Shown here: piece after piece, positions 1 through 13,123 of the stretch
Layout: each line of letters begins with the position of its first letter
Numbering within the stretch: position 1 is the stretch's first letter
The notes under the pieces: model-generated
Databases searched by the model: none
What the model was told of the DNA's origin: nothing
What the model saw: the letters and a program-made list of their open reading frames with translations, nothing else
Made by a program: the position numbers and the translations under genes
NCBI RefSeq assembly: GCF_006345805.1
Contig: NC_043012.1
Span: forward strand, 38,192,001 to 38,256,000
Length of the DNA: 64,000 nucleotides
DNA from: Octopus sinensis
Lineage: Eukaryota
Direction of reading: 5' to 3'

Positions 1-325
1 TACTACTACTACTACTACTACTACTACTAGCCTTGTTCTTTCAGCTGCCCATAGTGCAACATTTTGAAGAAGGAGGTTTATCAGTAGTGGAGGCCATTCT
101 CATCGCTTCCATTTCGCTCTGGAATCTGTGGTGCAAAAGCTAAAGGCACTGAGAAATATCATACACAGTGGAGAGTTGCAAGGCCGTCGCCTTCCACAGA
201 TTACATTTCTGCCAGGCTCTGTTAAAATCCGTGTCATCGTCAGTAAAGATATTAACCAGGACAAGATTCCAAGTTGAGCACCTGGAAAGATCATACAGTT
301 CTATATTGAAGAGATGAGGAATTAT

Positions 326-466
326 GTACATTATTTACCTTATTTACATTTGACGGATATTTGTCCTCCTCTTATTTGTTGTTAATACAACATTTCGGCT
401 GATATACCTTCATTAGGTGCCTTGTGGAAATTTCGAACCTGGGTTCTCATTCTTGAGGTGTTTTTC

Positions 467-542
<76 letters not shown>

Positions 543-878
543 TCACTGCCTGGAATCGAATTCGGAATCTTGGGGTGAGTAGTCCGCGCTCTTAACCACT
601 ATATGGCGTAGTGGTTAAGAGCGCGGACTACTAACCCCAAGGTTCCGAATTCGATTTCAGGCAGTGACATGAATAATAATAATGATGATTATAATAATAA
701 TAATAAAAAAAAATAATAATAATAACATCGAAATATACCTTAGGAATGAGAAACCAGGTTCGAAATTCCCGCAAGACACCTGATGAAGGCTGGAGGGTAT
801 ATCAGCCGAAACGTTGTGTTAACAACAAACAAGATGAGGACAAATATCCGTCAAATATAAATAATTTAAATAATGTAC
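326..878. mobile_element. Palindromic pair of a tRNA-headed, HHR-tailed SINE-like element
   Basis: Arms about 326-601 and 609-878 around a 7-nt spacer; A box TGGCGTAGTGG 604-614, B-box-like GAATTCGATTTC 647-658, (AAT)n, body, HHR motif. Confidence 0.65.
775..820 (+). ncRNA. Minimal (dimer-type) type I hammerhead motif
   Basis: GACAC-CTGATGA-A-GGCTG(gagggtatat)CAGCC-GAAACGTT-GTGTT; stem III reduced to the ACGT palindrome (needs dimerisation); triplet GUU is unfavourable. Confidence 0.68.
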
Positions 879-1919
879 TGGAAAGTTCAGTTGACATCGA
901 CGTGCGTTGCTGGTACCTTTGCGAACGGTCTTTAAAGCTGGTTGGAGTCTGGATTGAGTTAGAACTCGAAGCGGAATGAGGTAAGAACTAGTCAGAGAAG
1001 TATAAACTGACTGAAAATAAGATGTCACTGAAAGACAGTATTGAGGAGATTAACAGACATTACTTATTATTGCAAGATCATCACGCCATGTTTCAGGTTT
1101 TCTCTGACAAGTTGGTGCATTTTCACTTTCTGTCCTTGTTGAAAGGACGCATCTTGCTACTAACATCCTTTAGAAAGAAAGGTCCGTATGACGTACATGT
1201 ATTCCTGGCCGATGAGAAGATGTCACTGTTTGTCATGCGTGTCTTCCCAATGCTCGTCTCTGAGAAAAAAACTGCAAAAGATGTCCAAGAGTGGTCTCAA
1301 GAGAAAAACCAAAACTGGTTGTAAACGAACGGTAGATCGTCAATGTTTGCTTTTTGTACGGGATTACTAGTGAGTAAGTACAACGAAGTACTCGTGACGC
1401 TAGATGATCAGTTCTAGTCTGGAGAACTTTCGGTTCAAGAACTATGGTTAACTTGTATAAAACGCCAATCTGGTCGTATGACCGGAGGTAATTTTCCATT
1501 CGGAATAAACACTACATTTATGGAAGTACTACGTACTGGACACGTCCGATAATTTCACACAGAGACGAAACCGTTTTGTCAGTTACCAGGCATTGAAGAC
1601 TTGTAGAGTTATGTCTGTCAGTTGTGGCATGTAGGACAGATCCTTTATATGTGTTGAGAGGAATTCTTTGGGGTTTTGAGCAGGATGGGCAACTCGACCT
1701 GAAGAAAATTCTAGCTGGGCCCCACCTGCAGTTTATCTTGATATGAGATCACCATGTTGCGCATATTGGGTTGTGATGCATGTGCCTGCTGTAACCTTAT
1801 CAGACGAGTAGCCATGATGAGTATACCGGGCTTCGTATATTTTACATCATGTGTCACTTTTATGGCATGCACTGCTCTCTCACTCTATGATGATGATAAT
1901 AATAATAATAATAATAATA

Positions 1920-1969
<50 letters not shown>

Positions 1970-2984
1970 TAAGATATTAGTCAAGTTTGTGGATTCGAAG
2001 TGACAGAAGACTGCTATGACCACGGGATGGGTTGTGATGGTGAATAATAATTATAGGATTTTTATGAGATTTCTCCACAAAGACTGATTATGCTTGATAT
2101 TGAAGCAAGAAGACTAGATACGATTAACGAAGACGAAAAAAAAGAAAGAAAAAGAAGCAAAGCAGAAAAACGCAGACAGTGTAACATCATAGACTTTGTA
2201 ATGCCTATATGATAATAGAGTGGACAGGAAAGGAATTGGGATAATTGAGAAATAACATGACTTAGTCTAAGAGAGAGAGAGAGGGGGAGAGAGGAGATTG
2301 TGGAAGAATAAGATGGCAATTATTCATATGGTGCGCTTGGCACAAAATCCAAACTACTGGCAGAGAAACTACTGAAGGGTAGTGGAATTGAAAGTTGCCT
2401 CGTCCACCTAGGCGAAAGTGCAATCCTGTGTTCGGCAGGAATTCGAAGAAAGATTCTTGAGATATGAAGAGATTTGTCAGCAAGTCCCAAGACTGCTAAA
2501 TAACATGATTTTTGTCGTTCGTTAGTAACTGTTATTTCTGACCCCTAGGAAGTATGGAAAATGGCTGATATTTACTTCAAACTTTGCTTTTGCTAACATT
2601 TATTCAAACTCCCAAAGATTCCTTCTCAACACCTGGCTATGATGCTCCCTTACTACTCCTACTCATGATCAGAGATGTACATAATATCAGTAACTAAGGG
2701 ACATGCTCAGGTGGCTAATGGTTAAGCAACTGGTGAGGAAATGTGCTGTATTGAGCAGAAGATATGATGTAACGATATTTCTGCTTCAGTAACTCAGCGC
2801 TGAATTTGTTTGAAATGTAATGGAGGACAGGTGAGTTTCAAGACATTGATGTCCAGGTGATGAAAGTAAAGTTTGAAGGGAACAGAAGCCGCTTCCTTTG
2901 CTTTCTGGATACACTTACTGACCGAAGACAAAAACAAAAAAGTAAAGAAAACAGATACACAATGGAATTAGCATTTCAATAACT

Positions 2985-3095
2985 TTTGTATTCTTCTTCT
3001 TCTTCTTCTTCTTCTTCTTCTTCTTCTTCTTCTTCTTCTTCTTCTTCTTTTGTTGCTGCTGCTGCTGGTACTACTACTACTACTACTACTACTAT

Positions 3096-3170
<75 letters not shown>

Positions 3171-3175
3171 CGCTG

Positions 3176-3215
<40 letters not shown>

Positions 3216-3243
3216 CATTATTATTATTATTATTATTATTATT
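2985..3243. repeat. Compound trinucleotide microsatellite (TTC)n-(TAC)n-(TTA)n
   Basis: Directly visible; comparable compound arrays at 45295-45890, 57430-57720, 59665-60360 and 63330-63665. Confidence 0.97.
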
Positions 3244-3752
3244 GAGCGAGAGAGCAGCGCGTGCCATAAAGGTGACGCAGGGGTACACATATAGGAAGCC
3301 CAATATACCAATCAGGACTACCCGTCTCATAAGGGTAAACCAGGCACATCCATCTCAACCATATGTGCGCAACATGGTGATCTCACATCAAGATAAACAG
3401 TGCTTATCGAGTAGTCCATCCCGCTCAAAAGGTCCCTGAATAAGGTTTGTTTAACGATGATGAACAAAACACCCATGTTTCCAGGGGTGAATTAGTCCCC
3501 CCCTCCAAATTCCTCTCAAAACATGGCTATGATGCTCCTCCACTACTCCTGCTCGTGATCAGAAATGCTCATATCGTCAACTACTAAGAGACATGCTCAA
3601 CTGGCTAAGGTCAAACAACTGACAAGCAAATCTGTGGTATGGAGCACATTCAATCGACTACTGCCATCCCCGCAAATTTGAGTCATCATCATCATCATCA
3701 CCACCACCACCACTATCATCATCCGCATCATCATCATTATTTATTATTATTA

Positions 3753-3806
<54 letters not shown>

Positions 3807-3946
3807 TAAGCAACTACAGAAAATGATATCAATACTTAATACTTTATGAATAGTGTTGATATTATAAAGCAATGAGGTAATTCAATGCCTGACGATATAA
3901 TAATAATGATGATGATGATGATGATGATAATAATAATAATAATAAC

Positions 3947-3996
<50 letters not shown>

Positions 3997-5653
3997 CTAA
4001 TTCTGATAATTTATGTTATTTGATTTACGCGAAAACTGATAATTCTATAAAATGTTCGATAAAATAAACAACAGGAAAAGGTTGTAAATAGAATAAGCAG
4101 TTTTGTTGTCGATAGATATTTAACACTAGTTAGCGCTAGATCAATTAATCGAAGTCTTAAAAGTGGCTGTTATCAATCGGCGTTAATCATCGTTTGAGCA
4201 AACGCTATTTGAACGAAATCCATTCAACAGTTGAAAGAACCAGCCATTGGATATGGCTTGAAAGGGAATGATGAAACCTGGTTCGAGAAATGATATATAG
4301 GTATATTTCTACTTGCATTTCATTTTGCGCATAAATAATCGTTTTGGGATGTTTGCTCTTGCTTTTTTCTTTTTTTTCTTGGTTTTCTTCTTTTTTTTTT
4401 CAAGATTGCAATTTACTCAACGTATTGGTTTCAAATGTTAGCAAAAGGTCAAGAATTTAAAGGGAAGGAGTTAGTCGATTACATCGACCCCGCTGTTTAA
4501 CTGGCACTCATTTTATCAACCTCAAAAGGATGAAAGGCAAAGACGACCTCGGCGGAATTTGAACTCAGAACTTAGGGACGAACGAAATGCCGCAAAGCAT
4601 TTTGTCTGGCGTGCTACCAGTTCTCCCAACTCGCTGTCTTAAAAATGACTTATTGACTTCGAATTTTAGCGCAATGCCAGCAATTTCGGGTGGGGACTAA
4701 ATCGATTACATCGACCCCAGTGCTTAACTGGGACTTATTTTACTGACCCCGAAAGGATGAAAGGCAAATCTGATCTCAGCCGAATTTGAACTCAGAACGT
4801 GAAGACGGATGAACTGCCAATAAGCACTTTGTATGGCGTGCTGAGGATTCTGTTGCCAGCTCACCACCTTAAAAAATGACGTATTATTGACATTTAAGTT
4901 GCATATTTGTTATATCTAAATAATAAAGAAAAATTCTTTTAAGAATGAAGTTATCAATTTCTTGGTTATAATTTACAACATGTAGAAAATTCAGTCTTTC
5001 AAATTTTCATTAGCGAAGAATCAACTGAGCAAGTGAGTTGTTCTTAATTTAATACATATAAACAGTGACAATGTAATGATATATTTATGGATGTGTGTCC
5101 TTTATCTTCCTTCTGTCACTGGTTAGATGCTTTTACCTTAGGAAGCAATAGGTAAGCCAACATAAGAGTGTCTAACTTGCTAAGAATGGTAGTCAAATAT
5201 CCTCGAATTACAATCAATTGGAAAGACACAACACTATCCTATATGACAAGACAGACCTGGATGTTTGCAGAATTTGAATGGTGCTGATGATACCGAGATG
5301 AAGGAACTAAGATCGAATATTAGACAGTCGATGTAACAGGGCATCGCATCAGTGTGTGGGGCCTGTGAGCTGTGAAGCTAACAAGAGGAAGGCTCCGAAA
5401 CGGCGGGCTTCTTCTCATGATTATCACTGAAACCTACTGCCGTCCGGTAGGTGGAGCTTTCGAGCGACTGTATTTGCGCGAGCAAGCTGTTTCCAAGTCT
5501 CTAGCTGAATTTAACAATTACACCGCAGATCAAATGATACTGTGTTAATTAGATAAAGCCAATTAACTGAAATAATTAAAAAGAAGCTTTTAGTGAAGCC
5601 ACGTCATTGTTTAGAAGCGGTTCACGCGGTAACCGATATTACTTGATTTATGT

Positions 5654-5695
<42 letters not shown>

Positions 5696-6018
5696 TGGAC
5701 GGAAATTTCAGTTGATAGTAATCTAAAAAACTGATATAAAAATAATATAAGCAGATTATAATAAAATAAAGAAAAATATATATATGAAATAAATATAAAA
5801 CAGTTACATGCTCTATATCATACTTAGTGCAGGTGTACTGTTTAAAGCCTGGAAACTGCGGTATCCGTCTCGAGAAAGCATCTGCGTCAAGTACGATATA
5901 TAAAATGTTATTTTGAACTAAAACTGCTACCGTTGTCTATAACGAATTTTTATTTAGCCTGCCGGCTAATTGTGTCACTGGTGATTTGTTAATCACTGTT
6001 TTCCTATATTAGCAGAAG

Positions 6019-6065
<47 letters not shown>

Positions 6066-6273
6066 AGGATGTATTTGCTTGTGGGTGCTTGCTACTGACG
6101 AGTCTCAAAGAAGCTGATAAACGTATGTAGTTATAACAACGCAGCTTCTGATATATTTCTGTGTTTATCAAGTGAGGGCGCATGGCCTAGTGCTTAGGGT
6201 GTTGCACTCACGATCGCGAGACCGTGGTTTCAGTTCCTGGACTAGACGGTGCATTATGTCCTTGAGCAAAATA

Positions 6274-6840
6274 TTGAGTTGTCCGGAAAGTTCGTGCCGA
6301 TTTTTAGAGGAAAGAAAAAGGTCAATAAATACTTGCCATTACATTTTTTAATCAACCAAATATGAACCATTTTGTTGCACAATGCGTTTCCATCTTTCCT
6401 TTACCTTGAAAATACTCTCTTCCCAGAATTGAGGTAGTTTCATGGCAAAGAATTCACCAAGGTATCTTTTTACGTCATCCAAGGAATTGAAATTTTTACC
6501 ATTAAGACTATTCTGCAGAGACCTGAATAAGTGGAATTCCGAAGGAGCAATATCTGGGGAATATGGAGGGTGGGGTGACATATCCCAGCCGAGCTGCAGC
6601 AATTTTTGTCTGGTTCCCAATGCATCAAGAGCCGAAAAGGAACTTTCTTATCTTCCATTTTAAAGGGTTACAGAATTAGCACAGGTTATAGGAACATAAA
6701 CCTTCATCCACGAAAAGATAGCTTAAACTGTGCTCTAAATGGAGGTGTAGTCAAATCCTGTTTTATGGACTCAACCATGTTCTAAAATAAGTGGAAAGGT
6801 AAGCTACTATAAACCGGCACGAACTTTCCGGACAACTCAA
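6274..6840 (-). mobile_element. Internally deleted mariner element
   Basis: 30-bp TIRs TTGAGTTGTCCGGAAAGTTCGTGCCG(A/G)TTT at 6274 and 6811-6840, TA TSD; transposase C-terminus PHPPYSPDIAPSEFHLF at 6348-6620; nested in a SINE. Confidence 0.93.
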
Positions 6841-7075
6841 TACTTCGTCTCCTGCTGCTCTGCGATCACTTCGGCACCTCACCTGTGGTACACCGAGCAC
6901 CAGCTCAAGAAACGTCAATTTGATGGAGGGAGGGAGAAAATGTGCAACACAAACATTTGATTACTATTAATAAATCACCTTTGCAGGTTGTTCAACAAGA
7001 AAGTACAAAACCGTCTTTCTCAGACTACGAGAAAACTATCATTACTATAGGAGATTCTTTCTCGAAATGTTTCCG

Positions 7076-7455
7076 GGCTTTCTACTGTATATCTACATTA
7101 AGTATGATGTACAGAATACTATTTTGAACTACTATTGCTCCCGTTGCTAATAAAATATAATAAAAATAGGTATATTCTTGTAATAAAAATATCTTAAACA
7201 TAATAAAAAAATTAAGTATAGATTTAGTAGATACATGATTTAATTACCTTTAGAAATGGCTTTCTACTGTATATCTACATCAAGTATGATATGCAGAATA
7301 CTATTTTGAACTACTATTGCTCCCGTCGCTACTAACGAATAAAATATAATAAAAATAGGCATATTGTTGTAATAAAAATATCTTAAATATAATTTTAAAA
7401 AAATCCTAAGTGTAGATTTAGTAGATACATGATTTAATTACCTTTAGAAATGGCG
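7076..7455. repeat. Tandem duplication of ~190 bp
   Basis: ggctttctactgtatatctaca...cctttagaaatggc occurs twice in tandem. Confidence 0.85.
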
Positions 7456-7999
7456 AATTAAAAAAAAACCCTTCATTATAAAGAAAAAAATCTGAATAAT
7501 TTTGCTTAGAGTTAGAGATTCAAACACAAGTGAGAGGAGAAATTAAGAGATTGTTTCTTTTTTCTTTTTACGTATAAACATGATTTCAATGTAAAAATAC
7601 GTATTTTAGACTATGACGACAGAAATAACTATTATCTGTATGAAATGAGGAGGATGCCGTGTAACAGTAGCAACACTAAGTCCCATATTTCTATAGCACA
7701 ATACAAATATTAAAGTTGGCAAACATGGCAACGAAAAACAGATTGTTGAAAGAATAAGAAAAAGATTTATCATAAATATATTTTTATAAATTGGTGAAAA
7801 TAAATTAACTGTGATGGAAAAACTACAAAAATAGAAAATAATTAACGCTATAATATGATATGTGCGAGCGAGTGTGTGTGCGGTGTGTGTGTGTGTCTAT
7901 ATTTATATATTTATTTATATAACAAAGTTATTTTCAATAAACCTGAATTGATAATATGACGTATTTGTTTGAGATGAAAATTATATAGTGTGGGTGTAG

Positions 8000-8340
8000 A
8001 GGTGCAATAGCCCAGTGGTTAGGGCTGCGGACTCGCGAGCATAAGATCACGGTTTCGATTTCCAGATCAGGCGTTGTGAGTGTTTATTGAAGGAAAACAT
8101 CTGAAGGCCCACGAGGATCCGGTATGGGGAGGTGGCGAATCCTGCTGTACTCTTTCACTGCAACTTTCTCTCGCTCTTTCTACCTGTTTCTGTGTCATGC
8201 TGAATCTCCCTGAGAACTACGTTAAGGGTACACGTGTCTGAGGAGTGCTCAACCACTTGCACACTAATTTCACGAGCAAGCTGTTCTGCTGATCGGATCA
8301 ACTGGAACCCTTGTCGTCGTAAGCGACGGAGTGCCGTAGT
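8000..8340 (+). mobile_element. tRNA-derived SINE family 3 (other copies 6178-6273+6843-6930 +, 8380-8530 +, 17835-18120 +, 41290-41655 -)
   Basis: tRNA-like head (TAGCCCAGTGGTTAG..GGTTTCGATTTCC) and shared body GAGAACTACGTTAAGGGT..CACGAGCAAG. Confidence 0.75.
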
Positions 8341-8765
8341 ATTGTGGGTGTTTTTATTTATAAATATTTACATTGATGAAGGTGCGTAGCGTAGCGGTTA
8401 AGGAAGTTGCACTTACAATCGCTAGATCGTGGTTTCGTTTCCCCAGACAGACAGTGCGTTATGTTCTTGAGCATAACACTTTATTTCATGTTGCTCCAGT
8501 CCACTCCAGTGTGAATAAGTACCCTTGCAAGAGACTGGGGACCCTTTCAGGGTAAATTGGAGCCTGCAGGTTGGCATCATTCGAGCGCCAGAGCAATTCC
8601 AAGTCGAGGAAGCGCAATGTGACCAGCGGTGTATAATAACATGCCTTATGTAAACGTTGTCTTTATTTCTGAAAGATGAGGAAGTGTATTAAATGCATAT
8701 TGTAGAGTCTGTTTTAACGGAGCTTGATTTAATCTTTTCGTGCCTAGATGCGCTGGAGTATAAAT

Positions 8766-8794
<29 letters not shown>

Positions 8795-8796
<2 letters not shown>

Positions 8797-9051
8797 TAAT
8801 TAATCAATATAGGGTGGCAAAAAATTTTGTAGAATTTTTTTGCCACCAGCGGCCTAGTGGGAAAAAATTAAATAGTCATAGACCATTTTTAAGTTCAACA
8901 TCACAATCAAGGAACGGCCATAATAGGCCATTCACCCACTAGAAATAACAGGTTTCTCCTGGTTTACGGAATTGATGTTATTTTGCGGTTGAAGCTTTTG
9001 GCTGTTATTTCTAGTGGGTGAATGGCCTATTATGGCCGTTCCTTGATTGTG

Positions 9052-9053
<2 letters not shown>
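8795..9053. mobile_element. Diverged relative of the 37 kb element as an inverted pair
   Basis: Perfect 52-bp inverted repeat 8900-8951/9002-9053; plus arm aligns to 37070-37149 and minus arm to about 37100-37250; flanked by (TA)n. Confidence 0.7.
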
Positions 9054-9084
<31 letters not shown>

Positions 9085-10145
9085 AACACACACACACACA
9101 TATATATATATATTATATATATATATATATACAAACATATATATATATGTTACACATAAATGTATTACAAATGCCGCTTATAATATTTCTAATGTATTAC
9201 ATAGCATATAAATGAATTATAAATGACAGACATAGTATATATAATATATCATTTTATATATGTATATCATATGAATGATGGATAATTATCACTTCAGTTT
9301 GTATGACATTGAGATCGCTATCCTCTGGTTTGTGATAGATTAGTTATCAAACATTATATTACACGAAATATAACCAATACAAAAATACGTTTGGTGAAGT
9401 ATCATGTCTAACGGCAGATATTTCTAACGCATGCAAGAAATTTGACTCTCCTAGTTTCAACATAAAATAGATCCAAAAGTACAACACGTCCTTGATTGAA
9501 TCAATATTAAATAACTTTTCTTTGTGGACACATTGTAAATGTTTCGTCTCTCCACTTTAAACTGTTGTCTGTTATTAATATTTATACGCTGCAACACTTA
9601 GCTTCTGTTTCTTATTACCTAAAACGTTTCAATAATGTTCCACTCTTTCGTTAAATTTCCAAACAAGTACACACAAACACTTACGCACACGAATACGCAC
9701 ACAAACACACATACATTCACTCACTCATATATTCCATACAGCTGACACACACAACAGAACAGTGACGCAAGACATAATAATTTCAATGTATGTGATGTTT
9801 AAAATGTGTTCTTTGTTAATCGCGTTCGTGTCATTTCAAAATAACCTGCTGGTTTTATATATGAGAAATTTAGCTTGGTATTTTCCGTAGAGGAGATAAA
9901 CTATTTACATTCCGATTATTAGCTTGGTGTACTATTTTAGGTGTTTTGGTTACAGTCACATTTTAGGTTCACATTATTTTGGCACATGTAGCTGCTTTCT
10001 GCAGTATTTAGATTAAAGATGTTGAACCAACAACTTACTACAAGGCTTTTAAACTGCGTAACTACCTATTATGCAACTTCCAAATTTTCGAGGTTTTATA
10101 TTAAAATATATAAAAACTAAAACCATGAAACTAATAATTATATTC

Positions 10146-10198
<53 letters not shown>

Positions 10199-11349
10199 AT
10201 ATATATATGTATATTATCAAAAGCTTCATTGTAATGTAGTAATTAATACCGATAGGTCAATTTTGAACAATTATGTAACTGACTTGCTGCTAATCAAACG
10301 TTTTGCATTATACTAAGAAACCTTGAATTATTTTGCTTTTGTTATTTTAGGAGGAAAAACCAAATTCCTGATGAGATGTAAAATAACGACTAAACTGGTT
10401 GATTCAATGCTTCTCTACTGAAAAGTAAATCCTGTCATAGGTAAATTTAACAGTGAGACTAATTAACAGTGGGACTAATTCACAGTTAGGCTAATCAACA
10501 GTAAGTCTAAATGCCAATGGATATAAATAAGTTCGTATAAGAAATTGCTAAATGGAGAAGATTTTTGTGAAGATTTTGTGAACGAGCTATTGTAATTTTT
10601 AAATTCTTCACCCCAATACTAAGTTGTAAAACGGAGAAAGATTCTTAAAGAACAGAAAATGGTGGATATACAGTCGTATTTTGACATCAAAATTTTGATG
10701 GAATAATTTGTGAAATTAGGAAATGACTGAAGAAGAGATAGATATTGATTTCTTTGCGAAATTTTGCTTGACTGAAGATTATATGCTTAATCTGTGTTGT
10801 CGGTGTTGGTTTATAAACGCCTCAAATTTTAATCATTTACATGTCGTAGGCAAGGTCGATCCTTGCCTAACAGCAGGAAGTGTCAATATTTAATAGTGAG
10901 GTGCCAAATGCTATTAGAGTGAAATATATTGCTTAACATTTTAATGTTTCAGCTTTTCCTATTGTTTTTATCTATCTTTTAGAATAAGTGAATACCTGCC
11001 AAGTGCAGGAAAAAGCTACAAATTAAAATGTCACAACCATAGATTTGAATCTTTCCATTTGGTATTATAGAATTGGTTTAAAGGAAAAACAAGGAAAGAA
11101 CGAAAACTGAAAAGTTGTAAAAGTGGGGAGAAATGGAGCTTAAATCTTTGTTTCAGTTGTAGGTTTTAATTCAAATGATTTGGAATGTGCCATTGTGGTT
11201 TAAAAAGAATTCTTTTAAATCCCGGTGTTTATGCGGAATGTCTGCCATAGATCGGTAAACTAGTGTTTCACAGATAGTTACTATTTACTAACATGAATGT
11301 GTGCAATAATAGAGACGTAAACTTTTGTTGCGATGAGAATCACGGCCCG

Positions 11350-12735
11350 GCCTTGCGTGAAATAGACTGGACCGGGTGATTATGGAGATATTTCTTTACT
11401 ACCCACAAGGGGCTATACATAGAGGGGACAAACAAAGACAGACAAACGGATTAAGTCGATTACATGGACCCTCAGGGCGTAACTGGTACTTTATTTAATC
11501 GACCCCGAAAGGATGAAAGGCAAAGTCGACCTCGGCGGAATTTGAACTCAGAACGTAACGGCAGACGAAATACGGCTACGCATTCCGCCCGACATGCTAA
11601 CGTTTCTGCCAGCTCGCCGCCTTCCCCGAGTGATTATAAATAATAAAGGTCGGAATGAAGTCTGTGTGCTAGTTCGTGTTGAGTTCGCAGTGAAATCGGA
11701 AGGTGTCGGTTGGTTAGTGTTCCTTTGGAATAGTGATTGTTGGTTCGTGGAGAGATTGTTGAATCACTACGTTATTATTACGACTGCATCGTTATTTTGT
11801 TTACTCTTACTACACTGGTAAAGTGTATCTAAACCATCCGTCACAATATCGTGGCAGTACCACGATATTTGAAGACGGAGGATACAACATCTGGCGCGGA
11901 GGTTTCCGAAGCTAGCGTAATTTATTTTTTACAATTTGTTCATGATACAACTTGTTAAATGCTAGAAGACTTATTAACTTCTATAATACAGTTGCAAAAG
12001 CAACAAGAAGAACAGCAACAGGTGTTGCAGAAGTAACTAGTACAGTAACAACAATTATTGGAGCTCTACGCAAAACAGTCCGAAAATGCAGAAAGTTCTA
12101 CAGACCGTACGAGATTTTTTAAGGAAGATTGCAAAACATGGTCGGACGAAGAAAATGTAAGGTTATTATGACGTAAATTAGCTCCGTCTGAGTATGAAAA
12201 ATACTGTAATTTCATATTGCTCAAAAAGTCTAGTGACTTTTATTACTGCATAACATGTTCGGTGATAAACTTCTCTGTTTAACACTCGAGTAGAATGTTG
12301 GTATTTAACTAATAACTAGGATGGTATCATTTCCAAATCGGAAATGATATCAAATTTATAAAAATAAGAGCGGGAGAAGTGTTGGAGAAAGAAAAAAGAA
12401 AAGAAATTTCACTTCTTACTGAAGTCGAAATAACAAAAGGGAAGATGTTAAGATGAGAGTCACAACACCCCCTTGCGGGAAATAGACTGAACCGAGTGAT
12501 TAGAAATAGTAGCGGCCGGAGTGAAGGTTGTGTGTTAGGTCGAGTTGAGTTCGCAATGAAGTCGAACGGTGTCGGTTGGTTAGTTCGTTTGGAATATTGA
12601 TTGTTGGTTCGTGAGGGGATAGTTGGATCATTACTTTCTTATTACGGTTTCATCGTTATCCTGTTTGCTCTTCTTACACTGGTAAAGTGTATCTAAACCA
12701 TCTGCCACAATATCATGGCGGTACCACGACATTTG
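11350..12735 (+). mobile_element. Gypsy-type LTR retrotransposon remnant (LTR-PBS-gag fragment-LTR-PBS)
   Basis: Diverged direct repeats ~11350-11845 (SINE-interrupted) and ~12470-12709, each followed by TGGC(A/G)GTACCACG; gag-like WSDEENVRLL*RKLAPSEYEKYCNFIL at ~12140-12225. Confidence 0.7.
11390..11623 (-). mobile_element. tRNA-derived SINE family 2 (other copies 4470-4640 -, 4690-4868 -, 21808-22010 +, 34480-34690 +, 39880-40045 -)
   Basis: GGCGGCGAGCTGGCAGAA head, B box GAGTTCAAATTCC; this copy has a probable TSD CCG(G/A)GTGATTAT at 11372-11383 and 11626-11637. Confidence 0.85.
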
Positions 12736-12868
12736 GAGGACACAGCTTTATAGAAGCTCGGTATATGCACATACATATATGTTTGATATATGCATGTATA
12801 TACATATATATGCATATATATATACATGTATATGCATATATATATGTATATATGTATGTATGTGCATA

Positions 12869-12899
<31 letters not shown>

Positions 12900-13092
12900 A
12901 TATATATACATATATATACATATATAAACGATTGTACTAAAAACCTATCCATTCTTGTTGCTTCTTTCTCGCTTATAATCACCCCACATTACTGTATTGT
13001 TAAAACAGTATAGTTTTTTTGGTGCATCTAAGTTAGGTACCATATTCAAGTAAATTCATTTAAATTAACTTGAATCTTTATTGCTTTTTGAG

Positions 13093-13123
<31 letters not shown>

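Noticed and set aside
30-300. Possible Penelope GIY-YIG remnant next to the first HHR
   Set aside because: Only a vague FYIEE similarity with stops; no GIY or YIG motif can be supported.
540-670. tRNA-like sequence
   Set aside because: Lacks a complete cloverleaf and acceptor stem; it is a SINE head, as are the other tRNA-like segments.
1022-1499. ORFs 1022-1324 (+) and 1233-1499 (-) in non-repetitive-looking sequence
   Set aside because: No recognisable domain or splice context; probably decayed TE sequence.
6091-6130. CTGACGA followed by gtc..gat aaac gta, hammerhead-like
   Set aside because: GAAA is broken (TAAAC) and no convincing stem I.
10366-10410. CTGATGA..taaac hammerhead-like motif
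   Set aside because: G12 missing, mismatched stem II and no stem I.
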